Shown here: positions 26,038-42,100 of the stretch, in pieces
Layout: every line of letters starts with the position of its first letter
How positions within the stretch are numbered: position 1 is the stretch's first letter
Assembly (NCBI RefSeq): GCF_006345805.1
Contig: NC_042999.1
Location: 148,490,001-148,554,000 of the forward strand
Source: Octopus sinensis
Lineage: Eukaryota
Direction: 5' to 3'
DNA: 64,000 bases
The notes under the pieces: model-generated
What the model was told of the DNA's origin: nothing
What the model saw: the letters and a program-made list of their open reading frames with translations, nothing else
The model's database searches: none
Program-made: the position numbers and the translations under genes

Positions 26038-28666
26038 TCACTCTCTCTTGGAGTACCTCTTTATCTACCACCCATTACTGACATCCATTACACTCACTTC
26101 CAGTACACACTCTTCTATACTCATGCTTCTCTCCTATTACTCTCCTTCCACACTTGTTGTCTTCTATCCAATGTACTTATCAACAACCACCTTGTAGATG
26201 TCTGCATTTCCTTGTTCTTAACATTCTATCTTTCTTCCATTACTCTACTATATTCCTGCCCTGGTTTGTTTTCATTACTATATTCTTCAGATGTCTGACT
26301 GGTCAGACTGTGGCTCTGCCATAAAGTATATCGCATATTTCGCTTGGAATTTGGTAACTGAATAATTTTTGTCATTTGTTTTGATGTAGGTTTATCCAGG
26401 TCTTTATTCTGTATCCAATAGAATCTTTAAGCTCTAATTGGAAATATTAGCAACTATTCTATAGATATCAGGTTTTTTTAAGGCATGGGATTGAAAAAAT
26501 ATTGTTCTTATTTCTCAGGTACTGGATGGCCATATGTTATAGCAAGAGACATATGAGAGCAATGGCATCAACTTCCCTCATTCACCATATATAACACTCC
26601 ACATAGAGAACAGATATTGGTTGAAATCTGTAAAGGAGTGTGTAAAATTATGTAGCATCTTTATTGTTGTTCATTAATCTCTTTCTCTCTCTCTCACTTT
26701 TACTAATACTACTTCAATTACCATCTCCTTCCTATTACTTTTTCTTCCACCATTAAACTGCTCATAATTTTCTTCCATCCAATGTCCTTACCAAAAACCA
26801 AACTATAGCAGCCTTTTGTCTCTCTTTCACTACTACTTCTTCTATTACTCCTTTATTTCCTCCACTATAGTTCTCAACAATCAACCACTTATTCTGTTTC
26901 TTCCTATTTCATCACAGTCATGTGTTGCCTTAAATGGGAGACAGCACAGGCAGGGCAACCACTTTTAATCTGGTGCCAATGAAAAATGCACTTAATACAC
27001 ATTGTTTAGTGGTTGGCAAATGAACAGAAGCAATGTAGACTTGAGGGAACACTTTATTGAGAAGATTCTTTGTGTTAACAAGATGATAACAATAAAATGC
27101 ACCCAGTACACTCTGTAAAATGGTTATCATTATGAAGGGAATGCAACCATTGAAAGCATGCCAAAAACAGAATGTACAAGAGACAGGTGGTCTCAGACCA
27201 ATCTAGAGGGACAGTAACACTATGGTTTCAGTCATTTGACCATAGCCATGCAAGGGCACCAGCTTTAAAGGTTCAGTCTAGCAATTTTGACTTCAATATT
27301 AACTTTTGCAATCTCTAAACCACTCTAACAGACACAGTATATTCTCATACACATATACATGAATATACAAAAGGCTTCCACTGATTTTCTGCCCACTACA
27401 TTCCAATAAAGTATTGGTTAACTCAAGGCTTGTGTAAAATAGGTGCTGTGAGTATAATCAAATGATGGCATGTCATTATGAAGTGAACTTGGTAATCACA
27501 GAACCATGCCAGCATTTGACATTTGGAAGGGCATCAAGTTGTAGAAACAATACTAAAGTAGATATTGGGGCTTGATGCAATTCTTTGGCTTGTTAGATTT
27601 CATCAAACCATCTCGCCCTTGCCTGTATGGAAAATAGATGTTAAATGATGATTCGATTCAATTTGTCTGTCTGTCTGTGTAATATTTTCGGCTAATTGTT
27701 ATATGTCGATTAGTGTATTGAAGTGTTGAGTAGAGCACTGGCACAGTTTGGGCTACCTGGTGCCATCTGCAGTCAGGGTATATTTCTGTTGGATCTACTT
27801 TAGCAACTCTGCTGTGATAGTTGAGATAATAATAATAATAGTAATTTCTTAGGTGACCAGAAGATGGATTTGGCATTAATCTTTATTTTGTACAACGGTC
27901 ATTTTGACCCATCCTACTACTGCTCCTTGGTAGCAGGATGGGTCGAAATGACCGTTGTACAAAATAAAGATTAATGCCAAATCCATCTTCTGGTTACTTA
28001 AGAAATTACTATTATTATTATTATATAGTCAGCTAGAATTTATAATGGCACCTAAGGTTTCACTCTGACATAAATATTATGCTAATGTAAAATTTATGCT
28101 CATATAAATATTTATGTTGCATATTTTAACTAAAAGCCAATATGATAAACATTGACAGGACAGCACAAGTGTCATATAAATGAGGTTTTTGAATTTTGTT
28201 TTGACATGATTTACTGTTAGTGAAAGGAGATCCCTCTAAAATACCCAAATACCAGAAGGAGAAGAGTAAATACTCATTCTTCAATTTGACTGTTTTTATG
28301 TCTGAGCAGCTGTGTCTCTCGATGCACATGTGAAGTAAGAAAAACCAATAATATTTACATAAATGCATCATGCACGTACACAAACAAGTATGCATGTGCT
28401 GTTCCAAATATGCATATATAAATGGATATATGCAAATACACCTTTACATGCCCAATCATACACACATACACCCACAAACATTATTTTGCCATGGTAAAAT
28501 CATGAACTTCAAATAGCATGCCATACCATGTAGTGTATGCATATACAATTTGACAAACATTCTTGAATCCTAAGAACTGAATCACAATGAGATAGCCACT
28601 ATATGGTTGAGAGGTGCCACTATGTAATTGATACATAACTCTCATGAAAGATATGCTACATATGTA

Positions 28667-29083
28667 GGCGTAGGAGTGGCTGTGTAGTAAGTAGCTTGCT
28701 TACGAACCACATGATTCTGGGTTCAGTCCCACTGCATGGCACCTTGGGCGAGTGTCTTCTACTATAGCCTCGAGCCGACCAAAGCCTTGTGAGTGGATTT
28801 GGTAGGCGGAAACTGAAAGAAGCCCTTCGTATATATATATATATATGCATGTATATATATTTATGTGTGTGTATATGTTTGTGTGTCTGTGTTTGTCGCC
28901 CCCCAACATCGCTTGACAACCGATGCTGGTGTGTTTACATCCCCGTAACTTAGCGGTTTGGCAAAAGAGACCAATAGAATAAGTACTAGGCTTACAAAGA
29001 ATAAGTCCTGGGGTCGATTTGCTCGACTAAAGGCGGTGCTCCAGCATGGCCACAGTCAAATGACTGAAACAAGTAAAAGAGTA
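28667..29083 (+). mobile_element. SINE family S1, near full-length
   Basis: A-box-like GTGGCTGTGTAGTAAG, B-box-like GGTTCAGTCCC, CCTTGGGCGAGTGTCTT core, internal microsatellite, 3' end GACTGAAACAAGTAAAAGAGTA. Confidence 0.88.
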
Positions 29084-29919
29084 TATGGCTGAAGAATGTA
29101 ACGATAGCAAATCATGAATATATTTAAATACTGACTGACTTCTGTATTGATTGTTAATCAATTAACAAGTGTGGCTGTGTGGTAAGAAGTTTGCTTCCCA
29201 ACCACATGGTTTTTGAGCTCAATCCCACTCAATGGCACCTTGAGCAAATGTTTTCAACCGTAGCCCTGGACTAGCCAATGCCTCATCACTGGATTTGGCA
29301 GATGGAAATTGAAAGAAGCCTGTTATATATATGTGAATGTGTGTGTCTGTTACTATCCTTTTGCCTTGACATTGCATGATGGCTGTAAATGAGTGTCACT
29401 CTCATGCAAGTGGTGTCTTTCATGAAAACATGTCCAGCTAGGTGGGGGGAAATATTACCTCGCTTGGAAACGGGTATGGGTTGGCAACATGAAGAGCATC
29501 CAGCCATAGAAAATCCATCACAACAAATTCCATCTCACCCTTGTGGGTATGGAAAAGTGGATATTCAATCAATAACGATGATCATCATCATGATAATGAT
29601 TTCAATGTAGCTGATCTTCTTTCAAGCACCGGGCCTCACAGAGGCAATGACTGAGACCTTTGGCATAATGTCATGCTTGAGAAAAAAACCCATCAAGCCG
29701 AGCAAAATCACAATCAAAGCAGATACCGGTGTCACATAAATGGCGCCCATGATGGTGGCACGTAAAAGCACCCATTACACTCTTGGGGTGGTTGGCATTA
29801 GGAAGGGCATCCAGCTGTAGAAAATTATGCTAAATCAGACTGGATCCTAGTGCAGCCTTCCAGCTTGCCAGCTCTGGTCAAACTGTCCAACCCATGCCAG
29901 CATGGACAATGGACGTTAA

Positions 29920-29953
<34 letters not shown>

Positions 29954-31654
29954 CTGTGAATATATGGGAACACATGAATATGCATTTGTGTGCTTCTTCA
30001 CTCATTACTTCATGTGGGTGAAAGTGTGTATACAGAAGTACATATGTGTATGTGTGCATATACATGCAGGTGGAAACACATGCACACATGTGTGTGGGTG
30101 TGTGTATACATAACACTGTATATAAATATCTGCGTGTGTATGAAACATTTACATTTAAAAATCTAGTTTTATACACTTCACGTAGTCTTCCTAAGTACAT
30201 TCATACAAACTTGTCTATTCAGACATAAGGACAAAATCAAATCAAGGAAGTATTTAACACCCACCACCTCCATCCACCTTTCTGGTATTTAGGGATTTGA
30301 AACCGGCCTCCTTCACCAGCATTAAATCAGGACTAACATGAGATTAAAAAATCTTGACTATATGAAACTTGTCTGTCCTATCAACATCACTTTGTCGACC
30401 ATTTTGGCTTTTAGCCAGAATCCACACGTTGAATAGATCTATATAAGCCATTCATTGCATTAACCCATATCTCTGTATTCCCTACCTCTACCCATCTACT
30501 CCTTATCTCCCACTCTTATGAACTTACCTGATCTTCTGCTTCTATCCCTGCAACTGTTCTGTCCCTATCCCCATCACATTCAGCCTCTTATTCCTGAGGG
30601 TACATCATGACACTTCATCCCTACCATCTTCACTCCCTTTCCAGCCGAGGTAGCCATGTCTCTCGTCTACACCCCTTCCAATCATTCTATCATACTCTTG
30701 TCTCTCAGCACCTAGCATAAGCCACCTTCCTCAATGCTACATCCTGCTTCAATCAAGGGGTCTTGTTTTGTGAGCTACTTGCGACCTCACCAATGCTGGT
30801 GACACAAAAAAACACTAGTACACTGTCTAAAGCGGTTGGAGTTAGGAAGAGCATCCCGCAGCAGAAACCCTGCCAAAACAGACATTAGAGCTTGGCAGAG
30901 TCATCTGAAATGTCAGATCCTGTCAAACTGACCCATACCAGCATAGAATACTGACCTTAAATGGTGACGGTTACATTCATATACACACTACATCATCATG
31001 GTATGCTTATACACATAACATCAATGTATACCTTATATGGATACTATACATCATGGTCTCGAGGTTGTCATAAATATGCCTCTTTAAAATTCACGATGTA
31101 GAATATTTCATGGAACATTTATTTTTTAAAAAACAAAGCTTTGAAATGAATGATATTTTTTTTTTTGGTGGGAAAGGGGATGGGAAGCTGTGATATTCAT
31201 ACTTTCCCAATGGACCATAACAGCATATGTTGAAAATTTCCATCTAATAATTAATTGAAACCAGGTCAGAATATGTCTTACTTTGAGTTTTGTTCTATCA
31301 ATTTAAAGAATAATTATATTATCATTATTACTAATATTGTTATTGTTTTAAATACATTCTATAGAACCCTGAAGATGAAAGTTTGTGGCATGTATTAAAA
31401 TGAAAACAAATTTGATTTGGTAACCTTTCTTTTTAACATAGTTTACATACTAACACTTACGGAAAAAAAAGCCAAAATAAAACTGATACTATACTAATAT
31501 CTTTGTACAGTTTATGACACACCAATTACCTACAACACATACTGGAACAATAGTGAAAGAAAAAAAAACAATTCTACCATCACAATATTTAAAAATATAT
31601 ATTATACTAGAACAATACCTGAATATACATGTATTACACTATATGTTCTTGAAG

Positions 31655-31691
<37 letters not shown>

Positions 31692-32615
31692 TATTGTATC
31701 ATATGGCATTTAAAAACTTTTCCATTACTGCTCTTGTTGAAAATATATCATGCAAACAACATTAGTTGATCACCAGGCTATGCACATCAACCATGCAATG
31801 CAGTTAGGGGACAGGGACAAGCAGAAGTTTTATATATATATGTATACACACACTTACAAAGCGGGATAAAATAAGGTTATCATTAAACACCGTGTTTATA
31901 ACGTCAAATAGCAAAAAATTGAAAAAACATGTTTAAGGCATGAAACAAACCATATACAATGAAGATTTGATGAAATTGCTGAAATCGCAACTGTTCTGTG
32001 TGTATATGTGGTTGTTTGCATGTGTGTATATATGCGCACGCGTGCATGTATGCAATTAGATACACCTGGGGGAAGTAAAAACTGTAATAAAATTTGTTGG
32101 AATACAATTATTATTCAATGTATGTCTGTGTGCATATGTGCATGTGCGTTTTTGCATGCATGCGTGCATTTGTGTATACTGTTTGAAAACATGATTATAA
32201 CACTTTTTTTTAATAGACTATCATTATGCTTATACAAGTTCTAGACAGTAGGTCTCATTCTTTATTACACTGTTAAAAATATGAAACAATGTCCAATGTT
32301 TTGTCTTTTGTTTGTCTCAATCATGCAGTTATTTTGCATGTAACTTCACACATTTTCAAGACTAAGTACAAGAAAGCTCAAATGTTGTTGCGGAACCTGG
32401 TTTGAAACATCAGGATTTTTGTCTCCTCACAACATTTGAATTTATCTAAATTTGCACATGTTACTAAATTAATGTTGCTATCATCAACCACTGCTAGTTT
32501 GCTTGGTCCTCTGGTTTTTATCGGTAATTAAAAACCTAGTTTATAACTGACATCAGCAATTACCAACCAAAGCATGTTGAATTTTCGCTTTCGCATTTGG
32601 TTTGGAAGATTTTTT

Positions 32616-33006
32616 CATGTGAACTTGTGTGCTGAAACAATCTTTGTTATATATTGGGAGGGTCATTATGCTAATAATAAACACACACACTGGTTGTACT
32701 TTACTTCATTATTTATTTTTTTTAGTTAATCAAATTAACCAATTAACAAATTGATTATTAACTAGGGGACAGACAGATCAAAAGCAGATCTGAAGTAGAG
32801 AGGGTATGTCATTCATGAAATCACAAATGGAGACGAAAGGACTTTGACAAACTTAATCAATTAATTAATTGGTTAAATAACTAACAAACTGAAAAATAAA
32901 AAATAAAAAAGTGACATAGGACCAGTGTGCGTGTGTGCTTATTGTTAGCACAATGACCTTTCTGAGACAACAAAATTATTTTTGTTTTCAGCATATATTG
33001 ACCATG
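32616..33006. mobile_element. Older MITE-like element with degenerate long inverted arms
   Basis: tgctgaaacaat...ggtcattatgctaataataaacacacacactggt is mirrored by accagtgtgcgtgtgtgcttattgttagcacaatgacc...ttttcagca. Confidence 0.6.
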
Positions 33007-36000
33007 TGGCCATGTCTAGTTTTATGTGACTCACAGCTATTTAGTGGAGTACATATATAATACACAACATCAAATTTAAGAAGTCTACAAAATGTGTGAA
33101 AGCACACAAGCTATTTAATTTAGAAAAAGCATTGGACATTTTTTATATATTTGGAAGAGTGTAATATGAAGGGAGATCAATAAGTTTGGAAAATTGCAAG
33201 GTGAGCTATTAAAAACGTGTAATAGTCAAGGTTTCAATAGTATAAGCATTAGAGAGCTGCTCCCCATGTATGTATGTGTGTATGTATTTATGCATGTATA
33301 TATATATATATATATATATAACATGCATGTATGTGCAGGAGTGTTTAATTCTAAAGATGAAAGTCCCTAGTGAGAATTTAGTTTTATGCATTGTTTGGAA
33401 TTTAGGGGTCAGCATGGAAGTATTTCATTAACTTATTGCCCCTACCCAATCACTACCACCATCAACAACAACCATTTTGGTAATACTTTTGTTTTGACAT
33501 GGATTTTGTTATGTAGTCCAGTGATAGTCATTAATACCGATAACTCATTATCATTTACATATGATTAACACCTCTATAAGAAAAAAAAAAAAAAATCTTG
33601 TCCCTATTGAAAATTATATTTCAATTTTAGGTTTGTGAATAAAGAGGCAGTAAGAAGAATTCCTCTCAGAAATTCCTGCATCACTTAAGAATGGTTATGC
33701 TTTTTTTGTATTGGAAAAGATCAATTGGTTTTTGTGTGTGGTTTACTGTTATCATTTGTTTGTTTTCATGTGAGTTATGCAAAAAAGATTGCAACTAATA
33801 AACATATTTCTTGAAATCTGTTAAGTTGAAGAGTTGACACGGAGAGAATCATATGTACCAGGACATGTAAATGATGTGATATGGTGCTTTCCTAGTACAG
33901 ATGTTCAATAAGGAAGTGGATTATGTGAAATAGTTTCAATCAATCATCAATCAATGTGTGTGTGTATACATAGTACACACAAGTTTAATGCTTTTATATT
34001 TCTTATGTTGGCTGTAAGAATTCTAGCACAAACTCTGCTTTATCAAATTTAATATATGGAAGTCTAACAAAGAAACAAAGACTTAAATTTTAGGGATGGG
34101 CAGAGTCAATTAGCTCAACCCTCATACTCAACTGTGGAAAGAACAAGAAGTGAAATGTGGCAGGAATTGAATTCAGAATATCAAATTTGCCAATCCACTG
34201 TGTTTATCACAATTAATATCCTGGCTCTTCAACAGTCATGATGACAAGTTGATTCAATTAACTGACCAACCCCTTGCCAATGAAATTAATGAGCAAGTGG
34301 CTGAGTACTCCACAGACATGTGTACCCTTCACGTAGTTCTCAGGGAGATTCAGCATGACCCTTTGAATTATAGATACACCTTATTTTTGCCATTTGAGCA
34401 ACAAAAAAAGTGTCTTGCTCAAGAACACAATGTACCAGGAATCGAATTGAAGACCACTCTAACCACTAAGCCATGCACCTTATATGTAATGTATAAAATG
34501 GCATCATGGTTAATTAAGTCCAAGAGACAAAACTTTCCAACAATACTTTTAATAATTAAATATTTTAACTTGAAATATAATTCTTAAAATATGACTGAGA
34601 AAAAGGAATATTTGAACAAAATATTCAGTCTGATGTTTTCTCCAACTTAATTGAAGAAAATGTTGTGGCAAAAATACTTGAAAAAAGTGGAAAATAAGAA
34701 ATAAATTGTAGATATAAACAATATTCTCTCCAGACCAACAATGATGTCTGAAGGAAGAGCATGGTCAATACAGCTACACACTAGTGCCATTGTAGGCATT
34801 GTCATTGGAATGCAAAGACCTGGAAGAGCCAGCACAAAGCACCCTGGCTGACACTAATATTTTCTGTAATCCACCAGCTTGGATTGGATCCCTTTGTTTT
34901 TACAAACCCTAAAAGGCAAAGTAAACATCAGTAGGAGTTGAACTAAGAATTTACAGTCAGAACAAACACAGTGAAGCATTTTATCCAATGCTCTACTTTG
35001 CTGCCTTACATACACACATATATATATTCACATGGAAACTATTAAATGTTAGATATGTACACGTATATTAGTATACACACACATATATATACATATACAC
35101 ACACATGCACATGCACAAACACATATATATATACATATGCAAACATATCTGCCGCATACATATATGCAAACACATACACAAACTGCATGGCACTAGTGCT
35201 AGTGCCGCAATAGAAACTGCCCAGTAGCTGTCATAAGGTGGTGGGCATTAGGAAGGGCTTTCAAGTATAGAAACAATATCAAAGCAAATATTGCAGCACA
35301 GTACAAACCTCAGACCCACTGGATCTTGTAAAACCATCCAACCTATGCCATTATGGAACATCATCATCATCATTGTTTAACATCTGCTTTCCATGCTAGC
35401 ATGGGTTGGACGATTTGACTGAGGTCTGGCAAACCAGATGGCTGCACCAGAGTCCAATCTGATCTGGCAGAGTTTCTACAGCTAGATGCCCTTCCTAACA
35501 CCAACCATTCCGAGAGTGTAGTGGGTGCTTTTACGTGCCACCTGCACGAGGGCCAGTCAAGCGGTACTGGCAACGACCACACTCAAATGGTGCTTTTTAT
35601 GTCCCTGCACAGGAGCCAGTCCAGCGGAACATGGGTATTAAATTATGATGATAATGATGACAAACGCACACACATATTTACATATACCATATACATATAC
35701 ATATATAATTATATATGTTTATGTTTATAACCATATGCATTTATATATATATGAATGTATATGTGTCTTCCAAGCTGGTATGTGCTGGAGGATTGGAGCA
35801 AGCTCCAATGTCTGCTTTGGAATAGTTTCTATGGCTGGGTCCTGTTCATAATTACAACCATTTTACAGAATGTACTGGATGCTTTTTTTTTCCCATAACA
35901 CTGTCACTAGTGAAGCCAGCAAATAACTTGCAAGATGTAAAATGTCGACTCAAATTGTATGTAAGAATACATACATATGTACATACATGCATGCATATAC

Positions 36001-36919
36001 ATACATGCGTGTGTATGCATTTATTCATGTACACGTAATCATCATCGACAGTTGATATCCATTTTCCATGCTGGCATGAGTACACACACACACACAATCA
36101 TAGGCAGCCAACTGGCAGAGTCATTAGAACATCAAACTCATTGCTTTGTGGTAATTGTTTTGGCTATATACATTCCGAGTTCAAATCCTGCCATGGTCAT
36201 GTTTTCCATTCTTTCAGATTCAATACAATAAAATTCCACTTCTGCAAATAGGCTAGTTCTTCTCTTTCTCTAAATTTTCTTCCTGCTTGTCTCTTCTTCT
36301 TCTGGTGAAGGATGGGTTTTACTAGGTCTAAAATGCTTGCCATGCCATTAGTCACAATAATATCCCTCTGACTCCATCAAGAGGGCAAGGGCTTGTAGAA
36401 TGGCATTTTATATATATCATCATCATTTGATGTCTGTTTTCCATGCAGGCATGGGTTGGATGGCTTGACAGGAACTGGCAAGGCCAGGGGCTGCCCCGGG
36501 TTCTGGGATCTCTTTTGGTTTGGTTTCTACAGTTGGATGGGATGCCCTTCCTAACACCAACCACTCTACAGAGTGTACTACTTTACATATATACATATAA
36601 ACATACATACACATATATGAGTGTATATATATATATATATATATAAATACATACATCGTACATATATATACATACATATATACATACACATATATCATCA
36701 TCATCGTTTAACGTCTGCTTTCCATGCTAGCATGGATTGGATGATTTTGACTGAGGTCTGGCGAACCAGATGGCTGCACCAGGCTCCAGTCTTGATTTGG
36801 CAGAGTTTCTACAGTTGGATGCCCTTCCTAATGCCAACCACTCCGAGAGTGTAGTGGGTGCTTTTTACGTGCCACTGGCATGGGGGCCAGTCAGGCGGTA
36901 CTGGCAACGACCTCGCTTG

Positions 36920-37170
<251 letters not shown>

Positions 37171-38079
37171 ACATATCATCATCATCATTTAACATCCACT
37201 TTCCATGCTGGCAAGGGTTGGATGGTTTGACTGAGGACTGGTGAGCCAGAGGCTGCACCAGGCTCGATCTGATCTGGCAAAGTTTCTATAGCTGGATGCC
37301 CTTCAAACGCCAACCACTCTGAAAGTGTAGTGGGTGCTTCTACATGCCACCGGCACGAGGGCCAGTCAGGTGGTTCTGGCAACGACCATGCTCAAAAGGT
37401 GTTTTTACGTGCTGCCAGCACAGGAGCCAGTCTGGTGGCACTGGCAGTGACCATGCTTGAATGTTGTTTTTCATGTGCCACTGGCATTTGTGCCAGTAAG
37501 GCGACACATATACATATATACACATATATCATCAACATCATTTTAATGTCCAGAACTTTGGATGGGATTTGTTGAGATAGATTTTCTGTGGTCAAAGACC
37601 CTTCCTATTGTCAGTCCTTACCCATTTCCAAACAAAGTAATAATTCTCTGTGGTTGGACATGTTTTTGCAGAAGACTGGAAACAGAGAATGTTGCTTGTA
37701 TGACAGTGACTCTCATTTACAACTATTGCATGATGTCAAGACAAGGAGACAGACACAGACACATATAACTATATATATACACACACACATATATATACAT
37801 ATAGATGTACATATATACATACATATACAAGGCTGCCAATATAAAAGGACCTACAGCAGCAACTCTGGTCCCTTGGACAAGTATATTTGTTTCCACATAT
37901 GCTTCTCCTGGAGCTGGTGTAAACACCACCTTAGTCTTCAGGTATATTGTAAGTCTAGAAGTTGTAAAGCACTGGAGAAGTGGTTCATTATTTATTTTCT
38001 AATTATTGTAATTTGGCTGAGTCACAAGACCAGCATATCTTCAAATCACAACAAATCACGGACGGTAGTTATAAAATCC

Positions 38080-39140
38080 TTTGAATTTGCTTTAAAACAA
38101 TTCATATTAAACAGAATGTTCATTGTATGCTGTCAGACAAAAATGCCCAGATACCAAATCTGAACTGCAAATTGTATGGGGAACAAAGCTGAACCAGAAA
38201 AATTTAGTGAGCACCAACTTTCCAAGATTCTCCACAGTGGATTTGTATTCACAGAGTCAAAGGCTTTTGTTAAATTAATGAAAACCTGGTAAAGGCAGAG
38301 TCTCTGCTGTATGCACTTCTCTTGCAACTGTCTGATGACAAAGACCATATCTGTGGTACCTCTATGTGATCTAAATCCACACTGATGCTCTTGGATAATG
38401 ATAGAGCATATATATATATATATCTACAGCTGTTTCTATTAGAAATCTTGTGAATATCTTTCTGGCAGTTACAAGAAAACACCATGAAAGTTATCACAGT
38501 TTGACTTGGCACATCTTCCCTTATGCAAAGAAATCTGTATAGTATTTCTCTAATGCAATGGAACTGGTGAGCCATTTCCTGCATTGACAATTAGTGTTGT
38601 CATAAAATCAGCTACTACACCCTTACCATGCTTAATAATAGCCTTAGTTTGTATTTATCCATGGTAGATGGATTGTGAAAAGAAAATCAGTGAAATGCTC
38701 CAGTCATCTTCTAAGAATACTATCAGTAAATCCATCTTTGGAACAACAGCTGATTGGCATGGACCATACATCTGTTTTAACAAGCTGTACATTATTTGGA
38801 GTCTTTTTTTATTAAGGGCCAGTCAAATATTTTTGGATATACACAACCACCACACATTTTCGTCATTGCTGTCAGTTCTCTCTTCAAAGTTGATTTATAG
38901 TGCTTCAAAAAATCTTCTGCCTTCGAACGTTCCTTTATATGTAAATTAGGATTGAGCAATTTTTGGTATAATTTATGCTTCATGTTTACAAGATTGGATG
39001 TTTCAGAAGTATTTTCATTGAACCAATTTTAGAAGCTGTGGCATAAAACTTTTGTTTGAAGTCTGACCATGAATCATTAGATTATGAATTTACTAGAGCT
39101 CTACAAAATAACTCAGATATTGCAGGATGCTGAAGATACC
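38080..39140 (-). mobile_element. Degenerate RTE (BovB-like) LINE RT fragment
   Basis: QCGFRSHRGTTDMVFVIRQLQEKCIQQRLCLYQVFINLTKAFDSV on the minus strand, with stops and frameshifts on both sides. Confidence 0.8.
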
Positions 39141-42100
39141 AGCTTTCAACCATCTTAGAACCTTTGTGTTATTCTTATCTTTTACTTGTTCAAGTCATTG
39201 CCATGTGGCCATGTTGGGGCACTGCCTCGCAAAGGGTAGCCAAACAAATCAACCCCAGTACCTATTTTTTAAGTCTGGTACTTATTCTATCAGCCTCTTT
39301 TGCTGAAATGCTAAGTTATGGGGACATAAACAAACCAAGTGGTGTAATGTCAAACACAAACACGTATATAAGTGACAGGCTTCCACACAGTTTCTGACTA
39401 CAAAATTCACTTACAAGTCACTGGTTGACTCAGGGCTGTAGTAGAAAACACTTGCCCAAGGCACTGAACATTGGGACTGAACCTGAAAACACATGGTTGC
39501 AAAGTGAGCTTCTTAACCACACAGCCATGGCTGCACCAGTTGTAAATTGTTTTCCAACAACCAGCTTCAACTTTGTTCATACAAGGTAGTCATCTGTCCA
39601 ACACAGTCCCAAACAATACTTTAACATTACAAATATCAAGAACATCCAGCTTACATATTATCACAAAGTCTGCAAGATAACCTTGCTATGAATTAGCATT
39701 GGTGCAGGAAACCTAACAACTTGTGTTCCAGGTGGAACTGTATATTGCATGTTACAAGACCCAGTTCAGAATATAGCCACAGCAGGTAAAAAACATTATT
39801 ACTCATTTTACATATGCTGAAACATTCTAAACTAGACCTTGGGACAAGAACTTCACTCTTATATGCTCTTTCTATTAATAACCTTCACCTGTTTTTCAAG
39901 TAAGGGTTATTTTGAGGTTTTTTTTTTCAACTTCACGAGCCTTCAAAAGCATTGAAGTCATTGGTTAGAATATCAACATAGCAGGAATGTAAACATTACC
40001 ATAGCTTTCACTCAAATGGTGACAAGTGAAATATCAACATTCATGCAAACATATGCATGCATGAGCACATCTATGCACACACACACACATACATGCATGC
40101 ACGCCACAGTTTACTAAAGTATCTATTGACTGAATCCACTCATGAGGCATTTGTCAGCCCAGGGCTGAGATACTTGCCCAAGGTCCCACATAGTGGAAAG
40201 AAACTGAAGCTGCATCATTGTGGAGCAACCTTCTTTACCAGACAGCAGAGCCTGTATAAATATATATCCTTTATCTCTTATTTGTTGCAGTTATTGAACA
40301 GCAGCCATGCTGGGGCACCGCCTTGAAGGGTCTTAGTCAGATGAATTAATTCCAGTAATTATCTATTTTAAACTTGCTACTTATTCTATCAGTCTCTTAT
40401 GCCAAACTGCTGAGTTATAAGGAAGTAACCAAACCAACACTGGTTGTCAAGAAATGGTGGGGACAAACACACACACACACACAATGGGCTTTGTTCAGTT
40501 TCCATTAACCAAATCCACTCATAAGTCATTGGGTGACCTGGGGCTATAGTAGAGAACACTTGCCCAAAGTGCCAGGCAGTTTTCAGTCGCTTTTAACTTC
40601 AAGTGGAACTTTATATTTAGCTACTGACATATCTTCAATTTCATTTTCACATGCAAAAACACACAATTTTAAATATACACAGTTTTAATATTTAATTTGA
40701 AACATGATTAATTGTAATTTGTAACTGATACTGAATTACAAAGCTCTAAGATAAAGCACATTACTTGCTTCTGTCTAATCGGCTGAAAATAGATATATCA
40801 TTCCCATAATGAATGGTTGATATTAAAAAGGATATTCAACTGCAACACACTACCTGCTCAATAAAATTAGTTAAACTGTCATTAAGTGAAATTTCAAATA
40901 AGAAATGGAATTACCATAATACTACTGTTGACTTTTACAAAAGGATTCCTAAAGCAAGGTTATCAATTGACTAATGCACAGTGTTTTTTTTGTTGTTTTT
41001 TTCATAGAATAGAGAAATACAAAATGAATGCTCCATCATGAAGATAAGCAATTCTTAGACAGAAGTCTATAGGATTTGCTTAGTCCATTTAAGTCTTGGA
41101 CTGAGTGGGGATGCCCATGAACTTTGCAAGTTCTTCTAAAATGGGGAGACCAATGTGATTGGACAATTGATGAGTAAACTGTTTGGTGGTTTATAGTTCT
41201 GGGTTACTGGGTCTTGTTTTATTAACCCTTAAAGAGGTGATAATAAAATAAGGACCACTGGGATAACTAAAATGAATAGTTATGGAACTGAGCTATGTCT
41301 GTGCACTGAATTGAATGTTAACTCATCTGTTGTGAGCCAAAAGTCAGTTGGAGGGTAATTGAGAGAGAGATGGAGAAAGAGAGAGATAGAGAAAGATTAA
41401 AAATACAAAAACAACAGTTTGAAAATAGAATTTGAAACAATTCTGTGTTTTCAGGGTGATATATTTAACTTGATCACATATGCATCTTGCATCTGACATA
41501 ATTCACAATAGCTCTGAGCACTGATTAATGAACAAATTACATTACAACATACAAGCATTACTTTAATAGGTAAAATGCTGAGAAAGAGAGAAGAGGTTCA
41601 ACTGTAGTGGACACCAGAGATTTCATTTCCCCTCACATATCCAGTCTTTCTTAGTGAAGTCAAAGTATAAATGCCACAAAAGCCCTGCAGAGTTACAAAG
41701 ATCTGGTTCTCCAGTTTAATAGGCATTCTGAAATTCTATGTCAGAGTCTAAGTTTACTTTGATTGTTTGGGACAATTTATAAGGAAAAAGAAATGAAGTT
41801 ATAGGACATCGATTGCAACAAGTACCAAGCCTAGTTTCAATGGTGTCACTGTGTTCCAACCAAAATACAGACATGGGAGAGGAATTCTCTTCCAGCTACA
41901 TTCAAGCTGACAACCTCTTCCAAAATACAATAGTGCAAGAACAACACTTGAACATGGACAGAGCAGAAATTGGGAAGACTTTAAGGCGTAGACAACAGTA
42001 TTATATCACTAAGTGCTATATAACTAAGTCAAACTTGAATCCACGCCATTACTATATAGAAAAGAAAAAGAAAATAAAGAAGAATCATGCATATCAAAGC

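Noticed and set aside
28667-28740. tRNA genes at SINE heads
   Set aside because: A/B-box-like motifs run into SINE bodies with no complete cloverleaf.
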